Assembly (NCBI GenBank): GCA_051294375.1
Contig: CM119269.1
Location: 20,569,665 to 20,633,664, forward strand
Direction of reading: 5' to 3'
Source: Paraspadella gotoi
Lineage: Eukaryota > Animalia > Chaetognatha
DNA: 64,000 bases
Shown here: one piece after another, positions 38,339-50,831 of the stretch
Layout: the number at the start of each line of letters is the position of its first letter
Numbering within the stretch: position 1 is the stretch's first letter
Notes under the pieces: generated by a model
Databases searched by the model: none
Told to the model about the DNA's origin: nothing
Seen by the model: the letters and a program-made list of their open reading frames with translations, nothing else
Program-made: the position numbers and the translations under genes

Positions 38339-39609
38339 ATGCAGACAATGACGCTATCATCGGCTCTCATTTCCTTCTACTCTGATCCGCGAGCCAATTG
38401 CGTCTTCCTCTCTCTGTTGACCGCTCTGAGTTGGTCATTTGCCGATCTCCAATCGGGCATCACGGCCAACGCTGGCACCGATATCAATTTAATCTCTTTC
38501 GCCGTCAGCGCTGGTTTTCTTGCGTTGTCCGTCTGCGTTACTCTCTCGGATCCGGGGGTCGCGCCAGCACCGATAAAGAGGTGGTCAGAGGCATTGGCCA
38601 CCGCTTTGCTTGGCTGCTGTGGAATCGTGGATAATTCGGTGTACGTTTATGCTCAAAAGGTAAAAGTAGCAACTGAGAAAGAAAGGCTGGACCTAGAACC
38701 TATCGCACAAATAATGGCTTTAAATTCTTAAGAATCTGTGTTGAAATCTGTCCGGCTTCTTAATTTATCCAAAACAAAATTTAAAAACAAATGGGGCTAA
38801 CGCCGGCTTCCGCCTTTGAGCCTTTGAGCCACAAACTAAAAATAATTTTTTATACTTCTAAAAAAGGATGGAATTTCAGTTGTGGAAGAGATATGCCAAT
38901 TTTCATTTGAAAAATAAAAGAGTATTATTGGAATAAAAAATTACTTAAAATGCCCTTGTAAATCTATTGAATTTAAATTTTCAAATAAATTTTTTTTGGT
39001 TTCAGATGATCCCAGTTGGCGACGTGGCTCTCCTCAGCAACATGAGTCTCATCTACACCCCATTCCTCGACTCCCTACGGCGCCGGCACCTTCCCACGGC
39101 GCCGCAGTTCATCGGCATCTTTCTCTCCGCCGCCGGCGTCATACTCGTGACTCAACCTTCCTTCATCTTTGGCACGTATCTTAACGACGCGGAATACTCG
39201 CGTCAGGCTGTGGGATATATCCTGGGATTTTGCACTGGCGCGTCTATCACAGCGGACGCCATGCTGGTCAGCGTATTTAAGGGGATTCCTCTGTCAAATT
39301 GGATGCTCTCCATCAGCGCCGCGCTCTTTATCAGCGGTTGCATCGGCGCCGCAATCGAAGGAGGCGTGGCAGTCGCCTCCACCCCCCTCGTCGCGGTGGC
39401 GCTTACTACGATGGTGACGCTATCGTCCGTGGGACAATTCGCCAACGTGCTCTCCACCAAATCGCACACGCCGACTCTGATGGCGCTGGTGACGGTTTTG
39501 CAGGTGCCGCTGACCTACGCCTGGGGTTGGATCTGGTTGGATCAAGAGATGAATTGGGTGAAAATTTTGGGGGTCATTCTTGTGTTTGTGGCGGTGACGA
39601 TCGTCATTT
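38339..39609 (+). CDS. SLC35G/EamA-family (DMT superfamily) transporter, copy 1; 3' end in gap
   Basis: Exons 38339-38659 and 39006->39609. About ten hydrophobic helices; motifs IPVGDVALL, GVILVTQPSFIFG, QVPLTYAWGWIWL, ILGVILV are typical of SLC35G1-like proteins. Confidence 0.85.
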
Positions 39610-40236
39610 NNNNNNNNNNNNNNNNNNNNNNNNNGTGACGCGAGATGGAAAGGGATGGGAGAGAGAATCGATTCGTCTCACGAAACAGTGAAGATTTTAG
39701 TTTAATTAATATTTATTTTACGTTGCTATTATGAATTTTATTATTTAAATGAGGTAATATAACCTTTTTAAACTATCCTTTCACTTTTCTATTCTTTTTG
39801 TAATTGTACGGTGGACATTTTTACGATGGAGATTTTTACGATAGATATATTTTTTTTTTAAAGAAAATGATTCAACTAATGAATATTTTTTCATGAGTAA
39901 TATTTTTTTAGAATTATTAACTTATTATTTTTTTTGTCCCTCCAGCCTCTTTCTTTTAAAATGACCTTCGAAAAAAAATTTTAGTAGGTCCTCTTGATGA
40001 TCTAAATGATAAGATTCAATTAAGAAATGAAAAGATAACAAAATTTTAAAAACAAAAAAAAAACCGGTGAGATTAAATAAAAAAAACTGTAGTTGAAATC
40101 AATTTGAAGAGTCAAATTTCAAAAGTAATTTTTTTTCTGCTCTCATACAAATCAAATCTTGATACCGGCTTAACAAAAGGCCGTTTTAAAACTTTTTGAC
40201 ACCAACAACATACAACAAATCCACCCGAGGTCAACC

Positions 40237-41419
40237 ATGATATCAACCCTCATAGTCTTCTACTCTAAGCCCTCGAGCCAACTGCGTCTTCCTTTCTCTG
40301 TTGGCAGCTTTAAGTTGGTCCTTAAGCGATCTGCAATCGGGCATCACGGCGGAAGCTGGAATCGACATCCAACTGATTAACCTCGCTTATGCCGTTGGTT
40401 ACTTGGCAATGTCCATTTGCGTCGCCGTCACCGACCCAGAAGAATCTCCGTCGCCGATTCGGCGATGGACAGAAGGATTGGCCACCATTGCTCTTGGCCT
40501 CTGCGGAATCGTGGACAATTACGTTTATGTTTACACGCAAAGGTAATTATCAGCGGCCCCTATCACAGTGCTGCGGGGATTTCAAATCGTTCAAATGGAC
40601 CGAGTAGTGGTTAGTAATTAATTTCATATCTTTTTTTTTATTTTGTCCTGGTAATGAATAATTAATGAGAGATGAAAGAAGGCGATATTTGATTATCTCA
40701 TTATCTATTTATTTAACATTTTAAAACTAAAAAGAAACTTGAGCATTCTCAATTCGCCATCAGTTGATCCCAGTGGGCGACGTAGCTCTCCTCAGCGACC
40801 TCAACCTCGTCTACACTCCTTTCTTTGACTCCTTGTGGCGCCGGCGCCTTCCCTCAACGCCGCAATTCGTCGCCATGGTTCTTTCAATCGTTGGCATCGT
40901 CCTTGTGACCCAACCGGCGTTCATCTTTGATCGACTTTAAACGAGGGCGAATCCCCCCGAGATGCGACGGGTTATCTCCTTGGGTTTATGACTGGTGCTT
41001 CCTCACAATCGACGCCATGTTAGTCAGCGTCTTCAAGGACATCCCTCTTTCCAACTGGATGCTCTCCATCAGCCTGGCGCTTTTCATCTGCGGCGCCATC
41101 GGAGCGCTGTTAATGGAGGAGTGGGCGTGGCTCCCAGCTCACTCTGGCGGTGTCGTTGACGTGATGGCGGCGCTCAGCGCCGTGGGACAATTTGCCTACG
41201 TGCTCTCGACCAAGTCGCACACGCCGACCCTGACGGCGCTGTTGACGGTTTTGCAGGTGCCGCTGACTTACGCCTGGGGTTGGATCTGGTTGGATCAAGA
41301 AAATGAATTGGGTCAAGATCATCGGCGTCAGCCTCGTCTTTGTGTCGGTGGCGATCGTGATCTGTGATGTGAAGCGAAAAGAAAGACGCGATTCCGCTCA
41401 TGGATTGAGGATGACTTAG
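40237..41419 (+). CDS. SLC35G/EamA-family transporter, paralog 2 (frameshifts probably sequencing errors)
   Basis: Exons 40237-40542 and 40764-41419, same intron position as copy 1; RANCVFLSLLAALSWSLSDLQSGITA, IPVGDVALL, VTQPAFIF. Several indels are not shared with the duplicate at 48953. Confidence 0.75.
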
Positions 41420-41462
41420 TCCGAAGTAACGTTTTAGAAAATGAAAGGGATTTAGTTGGTAG

Positions 41463-42106
41463 TATGGTGGACTAAAATCCACCAACCGTTCATCAGCGGC
41501 CATTGGTGCCGGGGCAAGTCATTCGCCTCCCAACCCAAAGGTCCGGGTTCTAGCCCGGTGGCCGCCTAGCAGTTAAGAGGGACGGGGCTCTTAACCCGCC
41601 TGTAACTCGGTGTTACAGCCTGATCCGAAGTTCAGGGACTGCTTATATTGAACGGTTCTGTCATTAACACATAAATAATCACTGTCTCCTCATTGGTGAG
41701 CCCGACTTCCGAACACAACAGCAACAACAACACTTTCAGGCGTCATGCCTCAACCTGGTGATGCACTTTTCGCCCACAACACATCAGGCGACATGCCTCA
41801 ACTTGGTGACGAACTTTCCACCAACAATTCACTGAAGAGACGCAACAGACTTCTCCCTACGGAGGGGGGGTTGTATGGTGGACTAAAATCCACCAACCGT
41901 TCATCAGCGGCCATTGGTGCCGGAGGCAAGTCATTCGCCTCCCAACCCAAAGGTCCGGGGTTCTAGCCCGGTGGCCGCCTAGCAGTTAAGAGGACGGGGC
42001 GCTTAACCCGCTGTAACTCGGTGTTACAGCCTGATCCGAAGCTCAGGAACTGCTTTATATTGAACGGTTCTGTCATTAACACATATAAATAATCACTGTC
42101 TCCTCA
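41463..42106 (+). mobile_element. TRIM (non-autonomous LTR retrotransposon) with tRNA-like module in each LTR, Helenus-like
   Basis: LTRs 41463-41692 and 41874-42106 ending in CA; PBS TGGTGAGCCCGAC at 41694 (12/13 match to the tRNA-Trp PBS TGGTGACCCCGAC); PPT GGAGGGGGGG at 41861-41870; 4-bp TSD GTAG at 41459 and 42107; no coding capacity. Confidence 0.88.
41496..41566 (+). ncRNA. tRNA-derived (Gly-CCC-like) Pol III module inside the LTR; not a functional tRNA
   Basis: Acceptor stem GCGGCCA/TGGCCGC, A-box-like TGGTGCCGGAGG (as in the other LTR copies), loop CTCCCAA, T-arm CCGGG-TTCTAG-CCCGG (B box). Anticodon stem pairs poorly. Present in all six LTR copies. Confidence 0.7.
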
Positions 42107-42461
42107 GTAGTTATGAAAATTTAAACGAATATTTCAAAATATCAAAGTTTTTCCTCATTTAATAGTTTGCTTGTAAGATTTAACTAAGTGATTGTGATAG
42201 TGAGATAGAGTGAGAGAGAGAAAACGAGTGAGAGAGAAAGAGAGAGGAGAGAGAGACGGGAAGAGATGTAAAAGTACATTACGAGCCAGAAAAAATACTT
42301 ATGAGCATTAGCAGCCTTTTCTCGTTGTTTCAATCGACATTTAAACGACTTGAAATTTTAACTTTGAGTTTGGCTTTCGAGTCCTTTAATTAATAGGTAA
42401 TGTTAATAATACACCGCAGATTTTCGACGCTCTCAACTCCGATAACTTTCGGCACTATCAG

Positions 42462-42557
42462 CACCGATCCCACGATCCCCACCGATCCCCACCGATCCCC
42501 ACCGATCCCCACCGATCCCACCGACCGATCCCCACCGATCCCTCACCGATCCCCCGA
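42462..42557. repeat. 10-bp tandem repeat (accgatcccc)n; duplicate at ~51190-51251
   Basis: Direct observation. Confidence 0.9.
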
Positions 42558-43419
42558 CCTTCCGCCAGCCTCAGCACTGCCCCAACTTTGGCGCTCTCAC
42601 ACCGCTTTCATCCGGCGCCGATGGCCATTTCTCGTCTGCCGACGACGGCGTTTTTGATTCTCGACCGATTTTCTCTAAATGTTTATGGTTTATGTTTGAA
42701 ATAACAAAAGAATAAAATCGTGAGGGACGGATGAATCGGTTTAAACTTTAAATTTTTTCTTCTCATTCTTCAATCCTCATTTAATTTATTTTCATTTTAC
42801 GTAGATATTATTGTCAAAAAATAAAGAAGAGTAACTTCATCAAAGAAAAACGGTAAAAGGATAAAGCGAAACTAAAGCATGTACGTTTTAATTATTCACG
42901 CTCGAGAAAGAGAGAGAGAAAAGAAGAGAGACGGGATTTTTCAAGGCGCGAGCATTTTCGATTTCTGCAAACGGAATTGAGAGAAATTGCGTCAATTCAC
43001 TTGCAGATTTTATTGAACTTTTTATGGAAGAACAATTCACTGATGCAAGATCGGATTTCATTCCGAATCAAATTATATTCAAGTGGGGAATCGACATTTA
43101 TTTTTAAAATAAGATTTAAGAGCTTTAACCTAATCTAGTTTAAAAGGGCATTTTATACCGAGAAAGTGTCTACTTTTATTCAATAGTTTTTTTGTAGATT
43201 TTGTTAGAAATTGTATTTATTTATATTACTTTTAAACGCTTTTAGTTCCTGACGCGTTTCTAATCTTTCTGTAAAACGTTTAACTCGTGAGAAATGGTTC
43301 CCTGATAACGTGATCCTTCAAGATAAAATTTACTGCGAATTTTCGTCTTTCGTTTCTCAGGAAGCAACATTTACTTGTGTCATTAAAGCTGGAAAGTGAT
43401 TCACCTCACGATTCTGACA

Positions 43420-43486
<67 letters not shown>

Positions 43487-43993
43487 GTATTTTATTACTC
43501 GTATTTTCTCTTCTCAATCTCCCCTCTTTCCTTCTCTTTGTCACTTTGTATTTCACTCTGCCTGAGGATGTCTTTCTCTTCCCACGCTTCTCCATGAATT
43601 TTTTCGCGATCGCGTTTCCATGGAAACAACACAATAATCCGAGAGATGGGGTCATGGGTTAACTCTCCCCGGAGGGTCCATGGGTCAAATGACTCGGAAA
43701 ATATGCATGGGAAAGAGGAGGGACGGAGGTAGGGAGAGAGATAGAGACTCCAATACCGAGCGAAGCCTTGCGACGAAACAGAGATGTGGGATCGCGGTTG
43801 GGAACAGGGAACAAGTATAGCAAGCGATGCCAAAACGAGTTATGAAAAACACGGGAGTTTGAAAAATTACACCTATTTTATAGTAAGTATTTTTAAAATA
43901 TACATTAAAAATTCTTAAAAATTTGTAGAAATTTATGCATTTCAACGAGAGATAGAGATTGAATTAAACTAGAATTAAACATATGGATTGCGA

Positions 43994-44027
<34 letters not shown>

Positions 44028-44610
44028 TGCCAACGGCGCAGACAAGAGACAGACAGTCAGAACTCGCAGAGTTTTACACCTCGTACAATTTCATGCCCCT
44101 GTGTCACCTTCATAAATCAAACTTCCGGTAAACACGAGTTCAACCCGGACCCAAACGGTCCTTCAGGGAGTTTAAAGGTGAAACTTCAAGGTCGTCTTCA
44201 TGTTTTTTTTCTGTTTTTTTAAGGGGTGGTGAAGGCGGGAAGGGGTAGCAGGGGGGGGGGGTATTCGCCATGCTTAACCGACCGCCTCTAACCTAACTTG
44301 GACCGAAAACGATCGAAAGCGTTTCCCATTTCTTTGCAGACTGACCATAAAGTAACACAGTTGTTACACTCATGTCTCAATGCAATTATTTCCTGTGATT
44401 TCGTGCCATCGATTTTTTTGGGGCCAATCGAACATTTCGAAAACCGAAAGACTTTCTGCCAACGCAGAGACTAGTAGGGATCATCTTGATTACGGACATT
44501 TTATGTTGTTGGATGACGATGATGATCATCATTTTCAGTTTTATTTTTCTCTCTCTCTCTCTCTTCCCTCTCTCTTCTCTTCTCTCTCTCTCTCTCTCTC
44601 TCTTCTCCTC

Positions 44611-44643
<33 letters not shown>

Positions 44644-45218
44644 AATTATAAATTTAAAAAAAAACTATTTTAAAATTTTTGCATTATATAAAAGTGTACT
44701 AAATAGAAAATAAGTTGACTGGGCTACTAAAATAGTCCAAAAAAAAAATAACTACAGATTTAGTATTCACTAATAGGATAGTTTTTAAGAATGACTGCTA
44801 AATTTTTATTTCAAACTTTCTCTTCACAGCTCCAAGACGGGCTTTACGACGCTTCGTGAAGCGGCGTCGTTAAAAGACACTTTGCGTCGCCGGATTTGAC
44901 GTCAAATTGCCTCCGTCATTTCTCGTTGACCAAGCTGCAACGTCGTCCTTTCATCTCCCTGTTATGATGTTTGTGGACGGCTGATCAATTTTTTGAACAG
45001 CTGGTCACAACCTCTTTTGGCTGCTTTGTAAGGCGTTTGTAGGGCGGCTTTCGTTGTTTGTAGGTTGTTTTCCGCTGATCGGTTGATTGGTTGGGAGGTA
45101 AAGTTTGTTTTTTAGATGACCAGTTTTCGTTGCGCGACGCCACATCCCCGTGCATCATTATGGTTTAATCGTTTTCATCATTAACGGTGGCGTCGTCGTC
45201 GTCGTCGTCGTCGATGAA

Positions 45219-45251
<33 letters not shown>

Positions 45252-45998
45252 TTCTCCCCACGGATATATTATTTCAAAGTTTATCCTTCAAAATGCAAAT
45301 ATTTTTCGCCTTCTTTCATTAATTTCTTTTTAATTCCCTCATAATTTTATATATTCAAAAGTTAATCATTAGAAGTTTTTGAGCGTTGGAATATTTTGAG
45401 AGGAGAGAGATGTTCGTTTTACTTGTACTGCAAGAGAGAGAGAAGAGAGAGATAAGAGAGAGACGCTGACTAAAAATAAATTCATACGTAAAACTACTAC
45501 TTTGATCAAAGTCGTTAATCACCGAGAGGTTTCGCTCGGCCCTTTTTCTCTCTTTCACTATTTTATGTTGTCTTTGTTGTCGTTCGCCTTTTTTTAATTA
45601 GTCGATTGTTGTTGTTTCCTACAAGATTCTTGACTTCCGGTCGCGACGCCCAGTCGCCCTGGAGTAGGTTTTGCAAGGCAAGACGTCAAATGTCGGTACA
45701 AGAAAAATTTATTGTTTGCTCACAAAATGTGAAATCGATTGAAAAAAAAACCGTGAATTTAAAAATCTCTTTCGAGATTTTAAAGAAATCAATGAAGAGA
45801 AGAAAAGGAGAAATTTGTGGACGAGCAACTTACCTTTCGGGGGAAAAATGGAGAAAAGATGAGAACCGAAAAATGAGGAAGAAAGAAAAAGATTAAGATG
45901 GGCTTTTTTAGCGACGGGGGAACAGCTGAGATTCGCGCTGGAAAAAAAGGAAGGAAATATTGAAAGAATAAAATGGAAGGTGAGGGAAAGGAAGATAG

Positions 45999-46214
45999 TA
46001 TGGTGGACTAAATCCACTAACCTTTCATCAGCGGCCATTGTTGCCGGAGGCAAGTCATTCGCCTCCCATACCCAAAGTCCGGAGTTCTAGCCCGGTGGTC
46101 GTCCTAGCAGTTAAGAGGGACGGGCCACGGTGTTACAGTCTGATCCGAAGAGCTCAGGGACTGCTTATATTAAATGGTTCTGTCATAACACATAACAATA
46201 ATCATGTCTCTTCA
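45999..46214 (+). mobile_element. Solo LTR of the tRNA-bearing TRIM (diverged variant)
   Basis: tatggtggacta...tgtctcttca with no PBS or PPT; flanks ATAG/ACAG (near-TSD); internal deletion in the hairpin region. Confidence 0.8.
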
Positions 46215-48952
46215 ACAGAAAAAAAATAAAAAGATGCTTGAGGGGAAAATAGTTTGAAGGAGAAGATGAATGAAGGAAAGTCTAAATTTGAAAATGAAGA
46301 CGATAATGAAGAGGAATGACAATTCTTATGGATGAAAAATGCTCTTCGAGTCTCAGAGGGAGAAAGAAGGAGAAATAATATTATGAAAATATAAAGCCTC
46401 GCCCATCTTTCTCTCTCGGTCAAATTATGAGACCGGTCATTTAGAGTGCCTTTAGTAGACTTTTTTAAGGTCAATGTTATCTTTATTCTGACTTTTTAAT
46501 ACATTTTTCATTCACTATCGAATCATGTAACCGTCGGCAAGTTAGAATTTAAGTTTCTACTTGTTTTTGATAATGTGAATTAGAATAAAAGAATAATTGT
46601 ACAAAACTCACGTTGAACGGGCGGTACCCAAAAGGCATGGAAATTTAAATACATTTTCTACAAATGTTAAGACAAGTTAAAACTCGACGTGATTCGTTTC
46701 GATTCAATAGAATTCCAACGCAAAGAAAAAGCAAAGGTTGAATCCCTCTTTTCATCACGCCTCCTTTTTTCCAACGCAAAAAGAAAAACGGAATAGAGGC
46801 GAGAAAGACCTAATGTGAATCGCGCCTTTGGAATCAGTCAGTTGAGTGTCTCACGTGATTCATTCACGTCCGCCTCGCATTTCTCTCTTTTTTTGTTTAT
46901 TGCGCTGTCCTCCTCTTAACGGTTATAGCCTCGTCGTCAACGTCGACGACGCATCATTTTTTCTTATTCTTTTTCATTTTTTTTTCCTTCTTTTTCTTTA
47001 TGTTCTCATTCTTTCCATTCCATTCTTTTCGAAATTCAATTTTGAACATTTTTTTTCTTTTCGTTAGCTCATTTTCATTGACCCTTCAGGGTCTTTTCAT
47101 TCCTAATTCTCTCATATTTTTTCTCTTTTTATTTTTCGTTGTTTTTATAGAGTTCATTTTCATTGAGGTGGTCTCTCTTTCCCTCTCTTTCTCTAATACT
47201 CTTTCTCTCTCTAATACTCTTTGACTCGGTTCATGTAAAATTTCTAGTCACGGATTCGACCTCGGGCGAACTTCGCCGTCGCCTTCAAAAAAGAAGAGAT
47301 TCTTGAGGCAAATCCGTGGGCGGACTTAAATATTAACTCGCGTCCTACTACATGATACTTCTTAATCTTTTGATTAACGTTTACGTACAATTGTACATGT
47401 CTATTTCTTATATTTCAATCAATGCAGTAACGTGTTACTGTATTTTTAATAATTCCAGTATATCATTCGATATTATTATCAACTCGATTATTTTTTTTTT
47501 TCTTCAGTTGGCAGAACCATGAAATATTGATAGGAGGAAAAAAAAATAAAATCCATCTCCTACAATTCTTTTTATTTTCTGGAAATAGAAAGAAAGAAAA
47601 ACGATGATTTATCGATGTCGTCGTTTCCGTTGTTGTTGTTGTCGTTTCACGTTCCATAATTACCATATTTATCTCGGCTGACGAGTCTATTTATTATCGG
47701 TCGTGTCATTAACTTTTAAACAATTGAACGCTGACTTTTTTTTTTTTTAGTTTTGAATTCTAATTCAATTTCCTTTCGGTTTAATTATTTTCTACTCATA
47801 TTCCCAGTATTATTTTTTTTCTCTGTTAAGCATTGGAATACTTTCGTATTTGTTTTTCCCCATTTCTGTTTACAGTTTCTCATTTTTATCTCGAACTTGT
47901 TTCCCCCCCCCCAAAAAAAAAAAGGAATTTAACTGCTTCCTGGGAAAGAATCTTATTCAGTCCCGAAGGTCAAGCGTAACGCTACGTGCAACCGGAGAGC
48001 CGTACGTGATATCTTCAGAATTCGTGATGAAGTGAACACTATTGTGTAATCAACAGTATAAAAATCAGAAATTCAGTGCATGCGATAGTGAGCTTGTCGA
48101 TCGAGATTTAATATTTCGACTATCAGACAAAATCGAGAATAAAATCTGAATTTAGATATATACTAAGATGAAAATATATAATTTACAATTTCGGTAGGCG
48201 AATTTAGCCACAATATTAAGCAGCTTAATGATTTTAATTATAAAAATTGATCAAGTATCTCTCTCTTTTTCGGGCGACGACCCTCATTGCATTATTGAAC
48301 AATGGACACATCCTTTAAATAAAATGAAGGCAGAATTAATTAGAGCGGCCGATAATAGTTTTGTTCGGTATGGAGAGGAAGAATCGATTCGTCTCACGAA
48401 ACAGTGAAGATTTTAGTTTAATTAATATTTATTTTACGTTGCTATTATGAATTTTATTATTTAAATGAGGTAATATAACCTTTTTAAACTATCCTTTCAC
48501 TTTTCTATTCTTTTTGTAATTGTACGGTGGACATTTTTACGATGGAGATTTTTACGATAGATATTATTTTTTTTTTAAAGAAAATGATTCAACTAATGAA
48601 TATTTTTTCATGAGTAATATTTTTTTAGAATTATTAACTTATTATTTTTTTTGTCCCTCCAGCCTCTTTCTTTTAAAATGACCTTCGAAAAAAAATTTTA
48701 GTAGGTCCTCTTGATGATCTAAATGATAAGATTCAATTAAGAAATGAAAAGATAACAAAATTTTAAAAACAAAAAAAAAACCGGTGAGATTAAATAAAAA
48801 AAACTGTAGTTGAAATCAATTTGAAGAAGTCAAATTTCAAAAGTAATTTTTTTTCTGCTCTCATACAAATCAAATCTTGATACCGGCTTAACAAAAGGCC
48901 GTTTTAAAATTTTGACACCAACAACATACAACAAATCCACCCGAGGTCAACC

Positions 48953-50139
48953 ATGATATCAACCCTCATAGTCTTCTACTCTAGCCCTCGAGCCAACTGC
49001 GTCTTCCTTTCTCTGTTGGCAGCTTTAAGTTGGTCCTTAAGCGATCTGCAATCGGGCATCACGGCGGAAGCTGGAATCGACATCCAACTGATTAACCTCG
49101 CTTATGCCGTTGGTTACTTGGCAATGTCCATTTGCGTCGCCGTCACCGACCCAGAAGAATCTCCGTCGCCGATTCGGCGATGGACAGAAGGATTGGCCAC
49201 CATTGCTCTTGGCCTCTGCGGAATCGTGGACAATTACGTTTATGTTTACACGCAAAAGGTAATTATCAGCGGCCCCTATCACAGTGCTGCGGGGATTTCA
49301 AATCGTTCAAATGGACCGAGTAGTGGTTAGTAATTAATTTCATATCTTTTTTTTTTATTTTGTCCTGGTAATGAATAATTAATGAGAGATGAAAGAAGGC
49401 GATATTTGATTATCTCATTATCTGATTTATTTAACATTTTAAAACTAAAAAGAAACTTGAGCAATTCTCAATTCGCCCATCAGTTGATCCCAGTGGGCGA
49501 CGTAGCTCTCCTCAGCGACCTCAACCTCGTCTACACTCCTTTCTTTGACTCCTTGTGGCGCCGGCGCCTTCCCTCAACGCCGCAATTCGTCGCCATGGTT
49601 CTTTCAATCGTTGGCATCGTCCTTGTGACCCAACCGGCGTTCATCTTTGGATCGACTTTAAACGAGGGCGAATCCCCCGAGATGCGACGGGTTATCTCCT
49701 TGGGTTTATGACTGGTGCTTCCCTCACAATCGACGCCATGTTAGTCAGCGTCTTCAAGGACATCCCTCTTTCCAACTGGATGCTCTCCATCAGCCTGGCG
49801 CTTTTCATCTGCGGCGCCACGGAGCCGCTGTTAATGGAGGAGTGGGCGTGGCTCCCAGCTCACTCTGGCGGTGTCGTTGACAGTGATGGCGGCGCTCAGC
49901 GCCGTGGGACAATTTGCCTACGTGCTCTCGACCAAGTCGCACACGCCGACCCTGACGGCGCTGTTGACGGTTTTGCAGGTGCCGCTGACTTACGCCTGGG
50001 GTTGATCTGGTTGGATCAAGAAATGAATTGGGTCAAGATCATCGGCGTCAGCCTCGTCTTTGTGTCGGTGGCGATCGTGATCTGTGATGTGAAGCGAAAA
50101 GAAAGACGCGATTCCGCTCATGGATTGAGGATGACTTAG
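48953..50139 (+). CDS. SLC35G/EamA transporter paralog 2, duplicated copy
   Basis: Exons 48953-49258 and 49484-50139; near-identical to 40237-41419, with indels. Confidence 0.7.
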
Positions 50140-50183
50140 TCCGAAGTAACGTTTTAGAAAATGAAAGGGAATTTAGTTGGTAG

Positions 50184-50831
50184 TATGGTGGACTAAAATC
50201 CACCAACCGTTCATCAGCGGCCATTGGTGCCGGAGGCAAGTCATTCGCCTCCCAACCCAAAGGTCCGGGGTTCTAGCCCGGTGGCCGCCTAGCAGTTAAG
50301 AGGGACGGGGCTCTTAACCCGCCTGTAACTCGGTGTTACAGCCTGATCCGAAGTTCAGGGACTGCTTATATTGAACGGTTCTGTCATTAACACATAAATA
50401 ATCACTGTCTCCTCATTGGTGAGCCCGACTTCCGAACACAACAGCAACAACAACACTTTCAGGCGTCATGCCTCAACCTGGTGATGCACTTTTCGCCCAC
50501 AACACATCAGGCGACATGCCTCAACTTGGTGACGAACTTTCCACCAACAATTCACTGAAGAGACGCAACAGACTTCTCCCTACGGGAGGGGGGGATGTAT
50601 GGTGGACTAAAATCCACCAACCGTTCATCAGCGGCCATTGGTGCCGGAGGCAAGTCATTCGCCTCCCAACCCAAAGGTCCGGGGTTCTAGCCCGGTGGCC
50701 GCCTAGCAGTTAAGAGGAACGGGGCGCTTAACCCGCCTGTAACTCGGTGTTACAGCCTGATCCGAAGCTCAGGAACTGCTTATATTGAACGGTTCTGTCA
50801 TTAACACATATAAATAATCACTGTCTCCTCA
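50184..50831 (+). mobile_element. Duplicate of the tRNA-bearing TRIM
   Basis: Same LTR-PBS-PPT-LTR structure and GTAG TSD; part of the 8.7-kb duplication. Confidence 0.85.

Noticed and set aside
41496-41566. Functional tRNA-Gly gene
   Set aside because: Anticodon stem is broken and the unit is embedded in LTRs.
44820-45260. GC-richer stretch with short ORFs and (GTC)n
   Set aside because: No coherent frame, splice structure or domain in either duplicate copy.
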